Numbered from the stretch's first letter, positions 39,634-52,328 are shown. The stretch: DNA of 64,000 nucleotides from an uncultured Gemmatimonadales bacterium (GCA_963748815.1 CAVVKJ010000010.1:224001-288000); one strand, 5' to 3'. Notes: generated by a model not told the origin, from the sequence alone. Program-made: numbers and translations.

Positions 39634-40973
39634 GACCTACACCGGCCGCGCCGTCCCCTGGAGCCAGGAGGCGGAGCAGGCGGTGCTGGGCGCCATGCTG
39701 CTCGACCAGGACGCCGCGCTCCTGGCGACCGAGCTGGTGCAGGATGAGATGTTCTACCGCGAGGGCAACCGGCGCCTCTTCCGCGCCATGGTCAGCCTGG
39801 TGGAACGCCGCACCGTCATCGACCCCGTCACCCTGCGCGATGAATTGGGTCGGCGCGGGGAACTCGACGCCGTCGGCGGGGCCGACTACCTGGCCGACCT
39901 CGTGGACGCCGTTCCGACGGCGGCCAACCTCGAGTACCACGCGCGGATCGTCAAGGACAAGGCGATCCTCCGCCGCCTGATCGAGACCTCCACCGGCATC
40001 ATCACCGAAGCCTACGACGGCCGCGCCACCGCCTCCGACCTGCTCGACAAGGCGGAGTCGCGCATCTTCCAGATTTCGCAGGAACGGGGCAGCGAAGGAT
40101 TCAGCCGCCTCAAGGAGATGCTCTGGCCCACGATGGAGCGCATCGAAGCGCTCCAGCGGAGCGGGAAATCGATCACGGGCGTGCCGAGCGGCTTCGTAGA
40201 TTTGGACAAGTTGACTTCGGGCTTCCAGCCGTCGGAACTGGTCATCATTGCGGCGCGGCCCTCGATGGGGAAGACCGCCTTCTGCTTGAACATCGCGACG
40301 CACGCGGCGGTGGAAGGCGAAGGGGTCGCCATCTTCTCGCTGGAAATGTCACGCGACCAGCTGGTCCAGCGGATGCTGACCGCGCGAGGCGCGGGTGGAC
40401 AGCCAGCGGGTGCGGCAGGGGGGGCTGCGGGACGCCGACTTCACCAACCTGGCGCGGGCCGCGGGTGTCCTGCAGAGCTGCCCGGTCTGGATCGACGACA
40501 CGCCGAGCCTGTCGCTGCTGGAAATGCGGAGCAAGGCGCGGCGGCTCAAGGCGGACAACGACATCAAGATGGTCGTCGTGGACTACCTCCAGCTCATGCG
40601 AAGCCCCGAGTACGCCGAGAACCGGGTGCAGGAAATCAGCGACATCTCGCGCTCGCTCAAGGCGCTGGCTCGCGAACTCGCCGTGCCGGTCGTGGCGCTG
40701 AGCCAGCTGTCGCGCGCGTCGGAGCAGCGGGGCGGGGAACGTCGCCCCATCCTCTCCGACCTGCGTGACTCCGGCGCCATCGAGCAGGACGCCGACCTGG
40801 TCATGTTCATCCACCGGCCGGAATACTACGACCGGGAGGATGAATCCAAGCGGGGGCTGGCCGACATCATGCTGGCCAAGAACCGCAACGGCCCCACCGG
40901 CGACGTGCAGCTGCGCTTCAGCCGCGAATACACCCGTTTCGACAGCTTCTCCAGCCGCGACGACCCGGAGTAG
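39596..40973 (+). CDS. dnaB: Replicative DNA helicase; +1 frameshift near 40384
   Basis: EAEQAVLG, AARPSMGKTAF, FSLEMS then DYLQLM, SQLSR, SDLRDSGAIEQDAD, KNRNGPTG; removing one base restores MLTAEARVD. Confidence 0.93.
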
Positions 40974-40974
40974 C

Positions 40975-42348
40975 ATGGCCCGCACGCAGTCGGTCTATCG
41001 GTGTACGGAGTGTGGACACGACCATCCCAAGTGGGTCGGCCGGTGCGAGGGGTGCGAGGCGTGGAACACCGTGGCCGAGGAGCCGTTGGTCCGGGCCGCC
41101 GCCACCCGGGCGGGGCGCCGCGCCGCGCCGAGGCCGTCGCATGTCGCTGCCGCCCCGGCCGTCCGTCTCCGCGACATCGCCGAATCCCGCCTCATCCGCT
41201 GGTCCACCGGTCTCCCCGAGCTCGACTTCGTGCTCGGCGGCGGCATCGTGCCCGGGTCGATGACGCTCATCGGCGGCGAGCCGGGCATCGGCAAGTCGAC
41301 GCTCCTGCTGCAGGTCGCGGCCCGGCTCGAGTCCGGCGGCCGGCGCGTGCTGTACGCCAGCGGCGAGGAATCGCCCGACCAGCTCCGGCTGCGCGCCGCG
41401 CGCCTCGAAGAGGATGCAGGACCGGTCCACGTGCTCGGCGAGACCCGGCTGGAAGCGGTGCTCGAGGCCGCCGCCGCGCTCCCGGCCGAGTTTCTCGTGC
41501 TCGACTCCATCCAGACGGTGTACACCGACTCCCTCGAGAGCGCGCCCGGCAACGTCGGGCAGGTGCGCGAGTCGGCGGCCCTCCTGATGCGGTACGCCAA
41601 GGAGACCGGCACGGCGGTGGTCGTCGTCGGGCACGTGACCAAGGGGGGCGGCATCGCCGGGCCCAAGACGCTCGAGCACATCGTGGACACGGTGCTCTAC
41701 TTCGAGGGCGAGGGCTCGCTCGACTACCGCCTCCTCCGCGCCACCAAGAACCGGTTCGGCTCGGTGGACGAGCTGGGCGTGTTCTCGATGACCGAGCGCG
41801 GGCTCGTGGCGGTGCCGAATCCATCGGCCATGTTCCTGGCGGCGCGCGCCACAGGCACCAGCGGCAGCGCGGTCACGGCGCTGATGGAAGGGACGCGACC
41901 TGTGCTGGTGGAGGTGCAGGCGCTTGCCGCGCCCTCGGGATACGGTACGCCGCAGCGGGTGGCGACCGGCCTCGATCCGAAGCGGCTCGCGGTGCTCCTC
42001 GCCGTCCTGGAACGGCGGGGCAACACCTCGTTCGCCTCGCTCGACGTCTTCGTGCAGGCGACCGCCGGCGTGCGGCTGGCCGAGCCGGGGGCGGACCTGG
42101 CGGTGGCGGCGGCGCTCTTGTCCAGCTTGCACGGGAAGGCGGTCCCGGCCGATGTGCTGTATCTGGGCGAAATCGGGCTCGGCGGGGAAGTGCGGCCGAT
42201 CAGCGGGATGGAGCGCCGGATGACCGAGGCCGCGCGCCTCGGGTTCCGCCGGGTCTTCTCACCCGGCCGCAATCCCCCCTCGGTCGCGGGCATCACCGTG
42301 GTCGGCGTGGACCACATCGATCAACTGGTGAAGAGCCTTGCCGCCTGA
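40975..42348 (+). CDS. radA: DNA repair protein RadA/Sms
   Basis: CTECG..KWVGRCEGC, GGEPGIGKSTL, KNRFG, Lon-like C-terminus. Confidence 0.96.
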   Translation: MARTQSVYRCTECGHDHPKWVGRCEGCEAWNTVAEEPLVRAAATRAGRRAAPRPSHVAAAPAVRLRDIAESRLIRWSTGLPELDFVLGGGIVPGSMTLIGGEPGIGKSTLLLQVAARLESGGRRVLYASGEESPDQLRLRAARLEEDAGPVHVLGETRLEAVLEAAAALPAEFLVLDSIQTVYTDSLESAPGNVGQVRESAALLMRYAKETGTAVVVVGHVTKGGGIAGPKTLEHIVDTVLYFEGEGSLDYRLLRATKNRFGSVDELGVFSMTERGLVAVPNPSAMFLAARATGTSGSAVTALMEGTRPVLVEVQALAAPSGYGTPQRVATGLDPKRLAVLLAVLERRGNTSFASLDVFVQATAGVRLAEPGADLAVAAALLSSLHGKAVPADVLYLGEIGLGGEVRPISGMERRMTEAARLGFRRVFSPGRNPPSVAGITVVGVDHIDQLVKSLAA

Positions 42349-43033
42349 GGTCGGCGTGATCGTCGTGGCCGCGGGCCGGGGCACGCGCGTCGGAGGGACG
42401 CCGAAACAGTTCCGCGACCTCGCTGGCGTCCCGGTCCTGCTGCGCGCCCTTCGTCCCTTCACCTCCCATCCCGCTGTCTCCTGCACCGTCGTCGCCCTCC
42501 CGCCGGACGCCGTGACCGCCCCGCCGGAGTGGCTGACGCCGCTCCTCGGCGAGCGCCTGCGGGTCGTGGCCGGAGGAAGCGAACGCGGGGATTCCGTGCG
42601 CGCCGCGCTGGCGGCGTTGCCGGCGCGCTGCGAGGTGGTGCTGGTCCACGATGGCGCGCGCCCCCTCGTCTCGCGCGAAACGATCGACGCGGTGATCGCC
42701 GTCGCGGCGAGCGGCATCGGCGCGGTGGCGGCGGTGCCGGTCGGCGACACGCTCAAAGAGGTGGAGGCCGGAGAAGGCTCGCGAGTCGTGGAGCGCACCA
42801 TCCCGCGCCAACGGCTCTGGCGTGCCCAGACGCCGCAGGGGTTTCCTCGCGACCTGCTGGAGCGCGCCGTCGCCGCGGCCGCCGCCGATGGGGTGCAGGG
42901 GACCGACGATGCCGAACTGGTCGAACGGATCGGAGGCCGGGTCGAACTCGTCCTCGACCAGCCGGCCAACCTCAAGCTGACGTCGCAGGGCGACTTTGCG
43001 CTGGCGATGGCCCTGCTCCAGGCCGCGCCATGA
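42338..43033 (+). CDS. ispD: MEP cytidylyltransferase
   Basis: AAGRGTRVGG.PKQF, LVHDGARP, AQTPQGF, TDDA. Confidence 0.93.
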   Translation: MPPEVGVIVVAAGRGTRVGGTPKQFRDLAGVPVLLRALRPFTSHPAVSCTVVALPPDAVTAPPEWLTPLLGERLRVVAGGSERGDSVRAALAALPARCEVVLVHDGARPLVSRETIDAVIAVAASGIGAVAAVPVGDTLKEVEAGEGSRVVERTIPRQRLWRAQTPQGFPRDLLERAVAAAAADGVQGTDDAELVERIGGRVELVLDQPANLKLTSQGDFALAMALLQAAP

Positions 43034-43680
43034 GCCTTCCGTTCCTGACTCCGGATGACGTCGCCCGCGCAATCCCGCTCGTCCGCGACCACCTCGCCGC
43101 TGGGAAGCTGCTCGCCTACCCCACCGAGACGGTGTACGGACTCGGGTGCGCCCCCACGGAGGACGCGCTGACCGCACTGGCCCGGCTGAAGGGGCGCCCT
43201 CCGAAGAAGCCCTTCCTGCTGCTCGTGTCGAGCGAAAAAATGCCGGAGGAGTGGGGCCTGGTCTATTCCCGCGCGGCGAGCGCGCTGGCGGCGGCCTTCT
43301 GGCCCGGTCCGCTCACGCTCATTCTCAAGGGAGGGGAAGGGCGTCTCCCCGATCGCCTCCGCGGTGCGGAGGGCGGCATCGGCGTCCGGTACACCTCCCA
43401 TCGCGGCATCCGCACGTTGGTCGAGGCGTGCGGCATTCCGCTCACCTCCACCTCGGCCAACCGCCCGGGGAGTCCGCCCGCGGCGGGGGCAGCGGGCATC
43501 GAGCCGCTGTTCGAGGAGGCGGTCAGGAACGGGGACCTGCTGGTGCTCGACGGCGGGGTGCTCGGCAACGTGCCCCCCTCGACGATCGTGGACTGCACCG
43601 AGCCGCTTCCTCGTCTCGTCCGCGAGGGTGCCATTCCCCGCGAGGAGCTCCGCCGCGCCGTCGGGAGCCTGGCACCATGA
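43030..43680 (+). CDS. tsaC: Threonylcarbamoyl-AMP synthase (TsaC/Sua5)
   Basis: YPTETVYGLG, KGRP, FWPGPLT, STSAN. Confidence 0.92.
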   Translation: MSLPFLTPDDVARAIPLVRDHLAAGKLLAYPTETVYGLGCAPTEDALTALARLKGRPPKKPFLLLVSSEKMPEEWGLVYSRAASALAAAFWPGPLTLILKGGEGRLPDRLRGAEGGIGVRYTSHRGIRTLVEACGIPLTSTSANRPGSPPAAGAAGIEPLFEEAVRNGDLLVLDGGVLGNVPPSTIVDCTEPLPRLVREGAIPREELRRAVGSLAP

Positions 43681-44174
43681 CATCTCCGGGCTCCGCTCGT
43701 CCCCGCCGCGTCCTGCTGGTCTGCACCGGGAACACCTGCCGCAGCGCGATGGCCGAGGCGCTGCTGCGCCAGGCACTCGACGCCCGCGGGGTCACCCAGG
43801 TCGAGGTGATCTCCGCCGGTACGGGAGCGTGGGAAGGTGCGCCGGCGTCGGAGGCGGCGTACCTGGTGGGTCTCGAGAACGGGCTGGATCTTTCCGGTCA
43901 CCGTGCGCGGCTGGTCACGAGCGAGTTGGTGGCATCCGCCGACCTGATCCTCACCATGGCCCGCCACCATCGCGCGCGCATCCTCGAGCTCGGCGGGGAC
44001 AACCGGGTGCACATGCTCGGTGAATACGCCGGGCGCTCGGCCCAGGGCGTCGAGGTGGCGGACCCGTTCGGTGCGGACCTCGAGGTATACCGCCAGACCC
44101 GTGACGATCTCAGCGCGCTGACCACCGTGGTGGCGGATCGGCTGGCGGAGGAGCAGCGGAATGCTGGGCGGTAG
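43677..44174 (+). CDS. Low-molecular-weight protein Tyr/Arg phosphatase
   Basis: CTGNTCRS P-loop, DLILTM, DPFG. Confidence 0.9.
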   Translation: MTSPGSARPRRVLLVCTGNTCRSAMAEALLRQALDARGVTQVEVISAGTGAWEGAPASEAAYLVGLENGLDLSGHRARLVTSELVASADLILTMARHHRARILELGGDNRVHMLGEYAGRSAQGVEVADPFGADLEVYRQTRDDLSALTTVVADRLAEEQRNAGR

Positions 44175-44964
44175 GACCCGCGTCTTCGCGCTCCTGGGCG
44201 ACCCTGTAGCGCATTCCCTCTCGCCCGCCATGCAGAACGCGGCGTTCCGGGTCCTCGGACTCGACGCGGTGTATGTCCCGCTGCCCTGTGCGGCCGCCCA
44301 GGTGCCTGTTCTGATGGCGGCGCTTGCCGAGGCGGGGGGAGGGGGGAACGTGACGGTGCCGCACAAGCAGGTCGCGGTCACCGCGCTGACCCGGCCGAGC
44401 CCACGCGCGGCCTCGCTCGCCTCGTGCAACACCTTCTGGTGGGAGGACGGCGCGCTCACCGGCGACAGCACGGACGTCGAGGGGGTACAGGCGGCGCTCC
44501 GCCGGATCGACGTCGACGCCGACACCTGGCTCGTCCTCGGGACGGGAGGCTCTGCCCGCGCCGTGGCCGAGGCCGCCCGTGTGGCGGGGGCGCGCCTCGC
44601 GGTCTCCTCGCGCGCTGCGGACCGGGCCGCATCCTTTCTGGCCTGGGCCGCTGCGCTGGGCGTCGAGATGGCCAGGCAGGACGAGGCGACGCTGGTGATC
44701 AACGCGACACCGCTCGGCATGAAGCGGGACGACCCGCTGCCGTCCGAGCCTGCAGCCACGCCGCGTGCCGTTGCCGCTCTGGACCTGGTGTATCGGCGGG
44801 GCGAAACGGCCTGGGTGCGCGCCCAGCGGGCCACGGGCCGGAAGGCGGCGGATGGCCGCGAGGTGCTCCTGGCCCAGGGGGCCGCCGCCCTCGCCCGCTG
44901 GTTCCCCCGGCACGCGCCGCCTCTCGACGTGATGCGGGCCGCCCTGCATGCTGCCCTCGATTGA
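44161..44964 (+). CDS. aroE: Shikimate dehydrogenase
   Basis: HSLSPAMQN, NVTVPHK, NT, GTGGSARA, NATPLGM, DLVY. Confidence 0.9.
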   Translation: MLGGRTRVFALLGDPVAHSLSPAMQNAAFRVLGLDAVYVPLPCAAAQVPVLMAALAEAGGGGNVTVPHKQVAVTALTRPSPRAASLASCNTFWWEDGALTGDSTDVEGVQAALRRIDVDADTWLVLGTGGSARAVAEAARVAGARLAVSSRAADRAASFLAWAAALGVEMARQDEATLVINATPLGMKRDDPLPSEPAATPRAVAALDLVYRRGETAWVRAQRATGRKAADGREVLLAQGAAALARWFPRHAPPLDVMRAALHAALD

Positions 44965-45679
44965 CCTCCGCGCCGCCCTGTCGGCACTCGAACGGGCGCT
45001 GCTTCCTCCACAATGCCTGACCTGTGACGAGGCGGTCCCACGCAGCGATGGCGAGGCGCTCGTCTGCGCCGTCTGCAGGTCTCGCTGGCGCCGGGTGGCC
45101 GCTCCGCATTGCCCCCGATGCGCGGGGACGCTGCCGCCCGAGGGGACCTGCGCCTTCTGCGTGGAGTGGCCCGAGGCGCTGACCGGGGCGTGGGCAGCGG
45201 TGTGGCTGGATGAGGGGGCGCGGCTGGCGATGCACCGACTGAAGTACGGCGGCTGGTGGCGCGTGGTGGACGCGATGGCGGCGGGGATGCAACCGGTGCC
45301 GATGCTGCGGACGCCGAGCGTGCTGGTGCCCGTGCCCCTCGGAGCGGGGCGGATGAAGTCACGCGGGTACAACCAGGCGGAGCGGCTGGCCCGGGCGCTG
45401 GCACGGTACGGCGACCACGAGGTGCGTCCCGAGCTCCTCCGTCGACGGCGGGAGACCGGCACCCAGACCCGGCTCACGCCGGAAGCGCGTCGGGTCAACG
45501 TGAGCGGTGCCTTCGAGGCGGTTGGGCCGCTGCACGGGAGGGTCGTGCTGGTGGATGACGTCCTCACCACCGGGGCCACCCTCGGCGAGGCGGCGCTGGC
45601 ATTGGCCGCCGCCGGGGCGACGACGGTCGAGGCCGTCGCCTTCGCGCGGGCCCGCCCGCCGGCGACGATGCTGGGCTGA
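44948..45679 (+). CDS. comF: ComF-family phosphoribosyltransferase-like protein
   Basis: Zn-ribbon Cys pairs, [17 protein letters not shown]. Confidence 0.88.
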   Translation: MLPSIDLRAALSALERALLPPQCLTCDEAVPRSDGEALVCAVCRSRWRRVAAPHCPRCAGTLPPEGTCAFCVEWPEALTGAWAAVWLDEGARLAMHRLKYGGWWRVVDAMAAGMQPVPMLRTPSVLVPVPLGAGRMKSRGYNQAERLARALARYGDHEVRPELLRRRRETGTQTRLTPEARRVNVSGAFEAVGPLHGRVVLVDDVLTTGATLGEAALALAAAGATTVEAVAFARARPPATMLG

Positions 45680-45741
45680 GGGTGCGGTCCGGCCGATTCG
45701 GGTTATTTTTCCGGCGATCTGATTCTCTTACAGGAGACACC

Positions 45742-46748
<1,007 letters not shown>

Positions 46749-46752
<4 letters not shown>

Positions 46753-47940
46753 AACGAACGCTCGCCTCGCTCGATCCGGCGGCGCTGGAGGGCCGCCGGG
46801 CGCTGGTGCGGGTGGACTTCAATTGCCCGATCGCCGATGGCCGCGTGAGCGACGACATGCGAATCCGGGCGGCGCTCCCCACCATCACCTACCTCCGGGA
46901 CCGGGGCGCGCGGGTGGTACTCCTCTCCCACCTCGGACGGCCGAAGGGTGCCCCGAACCCCAAGTACTCGATGCAGCCGGTCGTGCGGGCCCTCGAAGGC
47001 CTCCTCGGCTCGCCGGTAACATTTCTTCCTGACCCGACCTCCGCCGAGGCGGTGTCCACGACCCGGCACCTGCCGCGCGGCGGGATTGCCGTCGCGGAAA
47101 ACACCCGGTTCTTTCCCGGCGAGGAGACGAACGACCCCGCGCTGGCGGAACGCTTCGCCGCCCTCGGCGACTTCTATGTGAACGACGCCTTCGGCTCGGC
47201 CCACCGGGCGCATGCCAGCACGGCCGGGGTGGCGCACCTGCTCAAGCCGGCCGTGTCGGGTTTCCTGATGGAGAAGGAGCTGGCATACCTCGGCCAGGCC
47301 CTGTCCGATCCCGAAGCGTCCCTTCGTGGCGGTCATGGGCGGCGCCAAGATTTCCGGGAAGATCGACCTGATCGAGGCGCTGCTGCCTACGGTGGACGCC
47401 ATCCTGATCGGCGGCGCCATGGCCTGCACCTTCTTCAAGGCGATGGGGCTCGAGGTCGGCACCTCCCTCGTGGAAGACGACCGCGTCGAGATGGCGGCGG
47501 CGCTGCTGAAGCGGGCCGGCACGAAGCTGGTCCTTCCGGCCGGCGCGGTGGTCGCGCAACGGCTCGACGGATCGGCCGAAACGCGCACGGTTCCGCGGGA
47601 CGCCATTCCGGCCGGATGGGCGATGTTCGACATCGACCCCGCCAGCGAGCGGCTCTTTGCCGACCGGATCGCGGCCGCGGGCACCGTGGTGTGGAACGGG
47701 CCGATGGGCGTCTTCGAGACGCCGCCCTTCGATCGCGGCACGATGGCGGTCGCCGAGGCGATGGCCCGCGCCACCGAGGCGGGCACCATCACCGTCGTCG
47801 GCGGCGGGGATTCTGCCGCGGCGGTGGCGGCCGCCTCGCTCGCCGACAAGATGACGCATGTTTCAACCGGCGGCGGCGCATCCCTCGAGTTTCTCGAGGG
47901 GAAAGTGCTCCCCGGTGTCGCTGCTCTCGACGAAAGCTGA
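46749..47940 (+). CDS. pgk: Phosphoglycerate kinase; +1 frameshift at about 47311
   Basis: [24 protein letters not shown] then [30 protein letters not shown]; removing one C restores [12 protein letters not shown]. Confidence 0.93.
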
Positions 47941-47947
47941 GGACCTC

Positions 47948-49513
47948 ATGCGCATGATCCGTGTGCTCGCCGTGGCGCTCTGCCTCCCGGTGATGGCGGT
48001 CGCCCAGACCAAGCCGGCCACCCCGCCTCCCAACTTCGATGCCTACGTCGACTCGGTGATGAAGCGGTTCGAGGTACCGGGGATGGGCATCGCCATCGTG
48101 AAGGACGGCCAGGTGGTCCTCGCGAAGGGCTACGGCGTCAAGCGGCTCGGCTCCCCCGACAAGGTGAATGCGGACACCCGCTTCGGGATCGCGTCGAACA
48201 CCAAGGCCTTCACCGCGCTCGCGCTGGGCATGCTGGTCGAGGAGGGAAAGCTGGAGTGGGACGCCCCGGTGGTGAACTACCTCCCCGAATTCATGATGTG
48301 GGACTCCTGGGTCACCCGGCAGATCACCGTCCGCGATATTCTCGTGCACCGGAGCGGACTCGGCCTCGGCGCCGGCGATCTCCTCTGGTGGCCGCCGACG
48401 ACCTACACCCCGAAGGAAATCATGGCCCGGCTCCGGTACATCGAGCCCGCCACCAGCTTCCGCAGCGCCTACGCCTACGACAACGTGCTCTACCTCGTTG
48501 CCGGCCAGTTGATCGAGCGGGTCTCGGGCCAGACCTGGTCCGATTTCATCACCAACCGGATCATGCGCCCGGTCGGGATGAAGGAGGCCAACAGCACCCA
48601 CGCCGCCGCGGGAGAGTCGGGAGGCAACGTCGCCACCACCCACGCGCGCGTCGACGGTACCGTCCGGGTCGTGAAGCCCTTCAGCGACCCGAACACCGAC
48701 CCGGCGGGCGGCATCAATGCCGGCGCCAACGACATGGCGCGGTGGATGATCGCCCAGATGGACTCCGGGCGCGTCGGCGACACCCGGCTGTGGAAGCCGA
48801 GCACCACTCGGCAGCAGTGGACCCTGGTGACCCCCATGCCCTTCGGGCCCGCCCCAAAGGAGCTGGCACCGTACACCGCCAACTTCAACGGATACGCGCT
48901 CGGGTTCAACGTCCGCGACTATCGCGGACAGAAGCTCGTGACCCACACCGGCGGGCTGCCGGGATACGTCTCGCTGCTGATGATGCTCCCGAACCAGAAG
49001 GTCGGCGTCGTCGTCCTCACGAACCAGGAGTCGGGTGCGGCCTTCATGTCGGTCGGCTTGAAGGTGCTCGACGCTTATCTGAATGCGCCCGACTGGGACT
49101 GGCTCGGCGGGTACGGCACGCTCGTCGCCCGCGGCGACTCGATGACCGCAGCGGCGAATCGCGCCTCGGCCGCGGCCCGCGACAGCGCCTCGCGCCCTTC
49201 GCTGCCCCTGGCCAGTTACGCCGCCACCTATGAGGACCCGTGGTACGGCACCATCACGGTGTCGTCGGCGGGCAGCGGCCTCATGATCCGGTTCGACAAG
49301 TCGCCCGACCTCGTCGGCGACATGGAGCACTGGCAGTACGACACCTGGCTCGTGAAGTGGCGCGACCGGGAACTGCGTGCCGACGCGTACATCACCTTCA
49401 CGCTCGACGAGTCCGGCAAGGTGGCGGGCGCCACCATGAAGCCGGCGTCGCCCGACGTGGACTTCAGCTTCGACTTCCAGGACCTCAACCTGACGCCGGT
49501 CCGGAAGCAGTAG
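47948..49513 (+). CDS. Secreted serine hydrolase (beta-lactamase/AmpC-like) with DUF3471-like C-terminus
   Basis: Signal peptide, IASNTK (SxxK), YAYDN (YxN), HTGG; C-terminal YEDPWYG. Confidence 0.88.
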   Translation: MRMIRVLAVALCLPVMAVAQTKPATPPPNFDAYVDSVMKRFEVPGMGIAIVKDGQVVLAKGYGVKRLGSPDKVNADTRFGIASNTKAFTALALGMLVEEGKLEWDAPVVNYLPEFMMWDSWVTRQITVRDILVHRSGLGLGAGDLLWWPPTTYTPKEIMARLRYIEPATSFRSAYAYDNVLYLVAGQLIERVSGQTWSDFITNRIMRPVGMKEANSTHAAAGESGGNVATTHARVDGTVRVVKPFSDPNTDPAGGINAGANDMARWMIAQMDSGRVGDTRLWKPSTTRQQWTLVTPMPFGPAPKELAPYTANFNGYALGFNVRDYRGQKLVTHTGGLPGYVSLLMMLPNQKVGVVVLTNQESGAAFMSVGLKVLDAYLNAPDWDWLGGYGTLVARGDSMTAAANRASAAARDSASRPSLPLASYAATYEDPWYGTITVSSAGSGLMIRFDKSPDLVGDMEHWQYDTWLVKWRDRELRADAYITFTLDESGKVAGATMKPASPDVDFSFDFQDLNLTPVRKQ

Positions 49514-49516
49514 CGA

Positions 49517-50266
49517 ATGCGTCCACTGCTCTTTGCCGCCAACTGGAAGATGCAGGTGACCCCCGAGGAGACCCGGCGCTTCGCCGCGGAATTCCTCGGG
49601 GCCACCGCTCCGGTGGAGGGGCGCTCGCTCTGGTTCTTCCCCTCGGCCGTCTCGATTGCCTCGGCAAGCGATGCGTTCGACGGGCGGCCCGATGTGTGGA
49701 TCGGCGCCCAGGACGTCTACTGGGAAGCGAAAGGGGCCTTCACCGGCGCCACATCGATACCGCTCGCCCGCGGCGCCGGGGCCGAGGGGGCGCTCGTCGG
49801 CCATTCTGAGCGCCGGCACGTCTTCGGCGAAACCGATGAGGAGACGGGAAAGAAGGTCCGGGCGCTCCTGGGTGCCGGGCTCACGGCGTTCCTCTGTGTG
49901 GGCGAAAAGCTGGAGGAACGGGAGGGGGGGCAGACCGAGGCGGTCGTCCTGCGCCAGCTGCGGGCTGGGCTGGAGGGGGTCGGGGGAGAGGCGATGGCCC
50001 GGCTGGTCGTCGCCTATGAGCCGGTCTGGGCCATCGGGACCGGCCGAAACGCCACCGCGGAGGACGCCGCCCGGGTACACGCCGCCATCAGGGCCGAGCT
50101 TGCCTCCCTGGGCGCGACCGCCAGGGTGCCGGTGCTGTACGGGGGGAGCGTGAACCTTGGAAACGCGCCCGGGCTCCTGGCGCAGCCGGAAATCGACGGC
50201 GTGCTCGTTGGGGGGGCCAGCCTCGATTTCGAAGGGTGGGCCAAAATCGTGGGGATCGGTGGTTGA
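49517..50266 (+). CDS. tpiA: Triosephosphate isomerase
   Basis: ANWKM, GHSERR, AYEPVWAIGTG, YGGSV, LVGGASL. Confidence 0.96.
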   Translation: MRPLLFAANWKMQVTPEETRRFAAEFLGATAPVEGRSLWFFPSAVSIASASDAFDGRPDVWIGAQDVYWEAKGAFTGATSIPLARGAGAEGALVGHSERRHVFGETDEETGKKVRALLGAGLTAFLCVGEKLEEREGGQTEAVVLRQLRAGLEGVGGEAMARLVVAYEPVWAIGTGRNATAEDAARVHAAIRAELASLGATARVPVLYGGSVNLGNAPGLLAQPEIDGVLVGGASLDFEGWAKIVGIGG

Positions 50267-50320
50267 CCCTCTCGGCGCCGACCGGTTATTCTTCCAGACT
50301 GTCTCACAACGGAAATAGGC

Positions 50321-50701
50321 ATGTTCGGTCTTATTCTGACACTTCTGATTCTTGATGCGCTGCTGCTCTCGGTGGTCGTGCTGCTCCAGGCGGGGCAGGG
50401 CGGCGGCCTTGCCGCCATGGGTGGCGGGGGCGGCACGGAGAGCTTCGTCGGTGGGCGGCAGGCGGTTACGATCCTGACCCGCTCTACCTGGTGGCTCGGC
50501 GGCATCTTCCTGGTCCTCTCGCTCATCCTCTCGGTCATGTCGGCCGGTCGCTCCGCCGGGACCTCGGACGTCGAGCGGATTCTCCAGGAGCAGCAACAGC
50601 AGGCGCCGGCCTCGAACGCCCCGCTGCCGCTTGGTGGCGCAGAGCCGGCGGTCCCGGCGACTGAAACGCCCGCGGCGCCGCAGCCGCAGCCGCAGCCATA
50701 A
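50321..50701 (+). CDS. secG: Preprotein translocase subunit SecG
   Basis: Two TM helices with LLQAGQGGGL..GG linker; follows tpiA. Confidence 0.9.
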   Translation: MFGLILTLLILDALLLSVVVLLQAGQGGGLAAMGGGGGTESFVGGRQAVTILTRSTWWLGGIFLVLSLILSVMSAGRSAGTSDVERILQEQQQQAPASNAPLPLGGAEPAVPATETPAAPQPQPQP

Positions 50702-50735
50702 TGCGGCGGGATGTCGTACTTGGCGGGGTGGCCGG

Positions 50736-51840
50736 ATGACCGGTCGCCCCGCCTTTGTATTGCTCGAAGACGGGACCTGGTTCGCGGGGGCCGTCGCCCG
50801 CCCGATCCCGCCCGCCTTCGGCGAGGTGGTGTTCACCACCAACCTCACCGGCTACCAGGAGACGTTCACCGACCCGAGCTACCTCGGCCAGATCGTCGTG
50901 ATGACGGCGCCGATGATCGGCAACTACGGGGTCAACGCGGAGGACATGGAGTCGGGCCGTCCGCAGATCTCCGGCGTCGTGGTGCGCGAGCTCTCACGCC
51001 AGCACTCCAACTGGAGAGCGGCGGAATCGCTCGACGACTGGCTCGCCAGGTACGAAGTTCCGATCCTGACCGGGGTCGACACGCGTCGGCTGACCAGGCA
51101 CATCCGTTCCAAGGGAGCGATGCGGGGCGTCATCGCCGAAGGAGTGGCGCCTACCGACGCCATCCGCCAGCGCCTCCTCAAGTCCGACAGCATGGAGGGG
51201 CTCGATCTGGCCTCCAAGGCGACGGTGGCCGAGTCGTACACCCAGGGTGAGGTGGGCCCCCACGTGGTGGCGTTCGACTTCGGGATGAAGCGCAACATCG
51301 TGGAAATGCTCGAGGCGTCAGGCTGCCGGGTGACGGTGGTGCCTGCGACGACGAGCGCCGAGGAGGCTCGGGCCCTCAAGCCCGACGGGATCTTCCTCTC
51401 CAATGGTCCCGGGGATCCGGCCGCGGTCACCTATGCGCTTCCCGTGCTCCGCTCGCTCGCCGAGAGCGGGCTGCCGATGTTCGGTATCTGCTTGGGGCAT
51501 CAGCTCTTGGGACTGGCGTTCGGGGGGCACACCGTGAAGATGCCCTACGGGCATCGGGGCGGGAATCATCCGGTCAAGGACCTCACGGACGGGCGGGTCC
51601 TGATCACCACCCAGAATCATGGATTCGCGGTCGCAGGGGACCCATGAGGGGGTGCCTGGCGCACCCGATCTGGTCGTCACGCACCTTAACCTCAATGATG
51701 GCACCGTCGAAGGACTGCGCCACAAGACGCTGCCCGTCTTCGCGGTCCAGTACCATCCGGAAGCCGCTCCAGGCCCCCACGACGCCTACCCCCACTTCGC
51801 CCAGTTTGTCCGGTCCTTGGGGGCCCAGCCGGTCGGCTGA
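50736..51840 (+). CDS. carA: Carbamoyl-phosphate synthase small chain; +1 frameshift at about 51642
   Basis: GEVVFTT..TGYQE..TDPSY, SNGPGDP, GICLGHQ, QNHGFAV then [11 protein letters not shown] in the next frame. Confidence 0.93.
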
Positions 51841-51851
51841 CCCCCAACCCA

Positions 51852-51880
51852 TTGACAGACAACAGGTAAGCCCATATTAT
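51852..51880 (+). promoter_or_regulatory. Near-consensus sigma70 promoter of the HU gene
   Basis: TTGACA-17 bp-TATTAT. Confidence 0.8.
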
Positions 51881-51935
51881 CGGCCTGTCCGGCGTTCACT
51901 TCACGCCCGCCTCATGAGACCCTCCTGGGGGATGC

Positions 51936-52271
51936 ATGACCAAGGCCGACCTCGTCGAGCAGGTAACTGCCTCCATCGCCCGCACCGCTGGGCCGATGAT
52001 TTCGAAAAAAGACTGCGCGCGGGTAGTGGACGCGTTCCTCGATGCCGTGAAAGCGGCACTCAAGGAGCAGCATAACATTGAGGTGCGCGGGTTTGGCACT
52101 TTCAAGATCCGGCGCCGCAAGACGCGAATGGCCCGCAACCCACGGACCGGCGAGCCGGTCGAAGTGGCGGCGCGTCCGGTCCCGGTCTTCAAGCCCAGCA
52201 AGGAGTTGCGGTCGCTTGTGGCGGAAGAAGGGGACGTGGTTTCCTCCGGAGGCGCGGACGACGACAGTTGA
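51936..52271 (+). CDS. HU/IHF family DNA-binding protein
   Basis: MTKADL, IEVRGFGTF, ARNPRTGE, PVFKPSKEL. Confidence 0.95.
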   Translation: MTKADLVEQVTASIARTAGPMISKKDCARVVDAFLDAVKAALKEQHNIEVRGFGTFKIRRRKTRMARNPRTGEPVEVAARPVPVFKPSKELRSLVAEEGDVVSSGGADDDS

Positions 52272-52294
52272 GCATCGCGCCTCAGCGTGATGGA

Positions 52295-52328
52295 AGGGCC
52301 GCGCTGTCTCGCGCGGCCCTGTCTTTTT
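52295..52328 (+). terminator. Intrinsic terminator after the HU gene
   Basis: AGGGCCGCGC-TGTCTC-GCGCGGCCCT followed by GTCTTTTT. Confidence 0.8.

Noticed and set aside
39596..40973. Split dnaB as an intein, programmed frameshift or two-gene helicase
   Set aside because: No inserted domain or slippery site; a single-base removal gives a normal-length DnaB, like the other +1 errors
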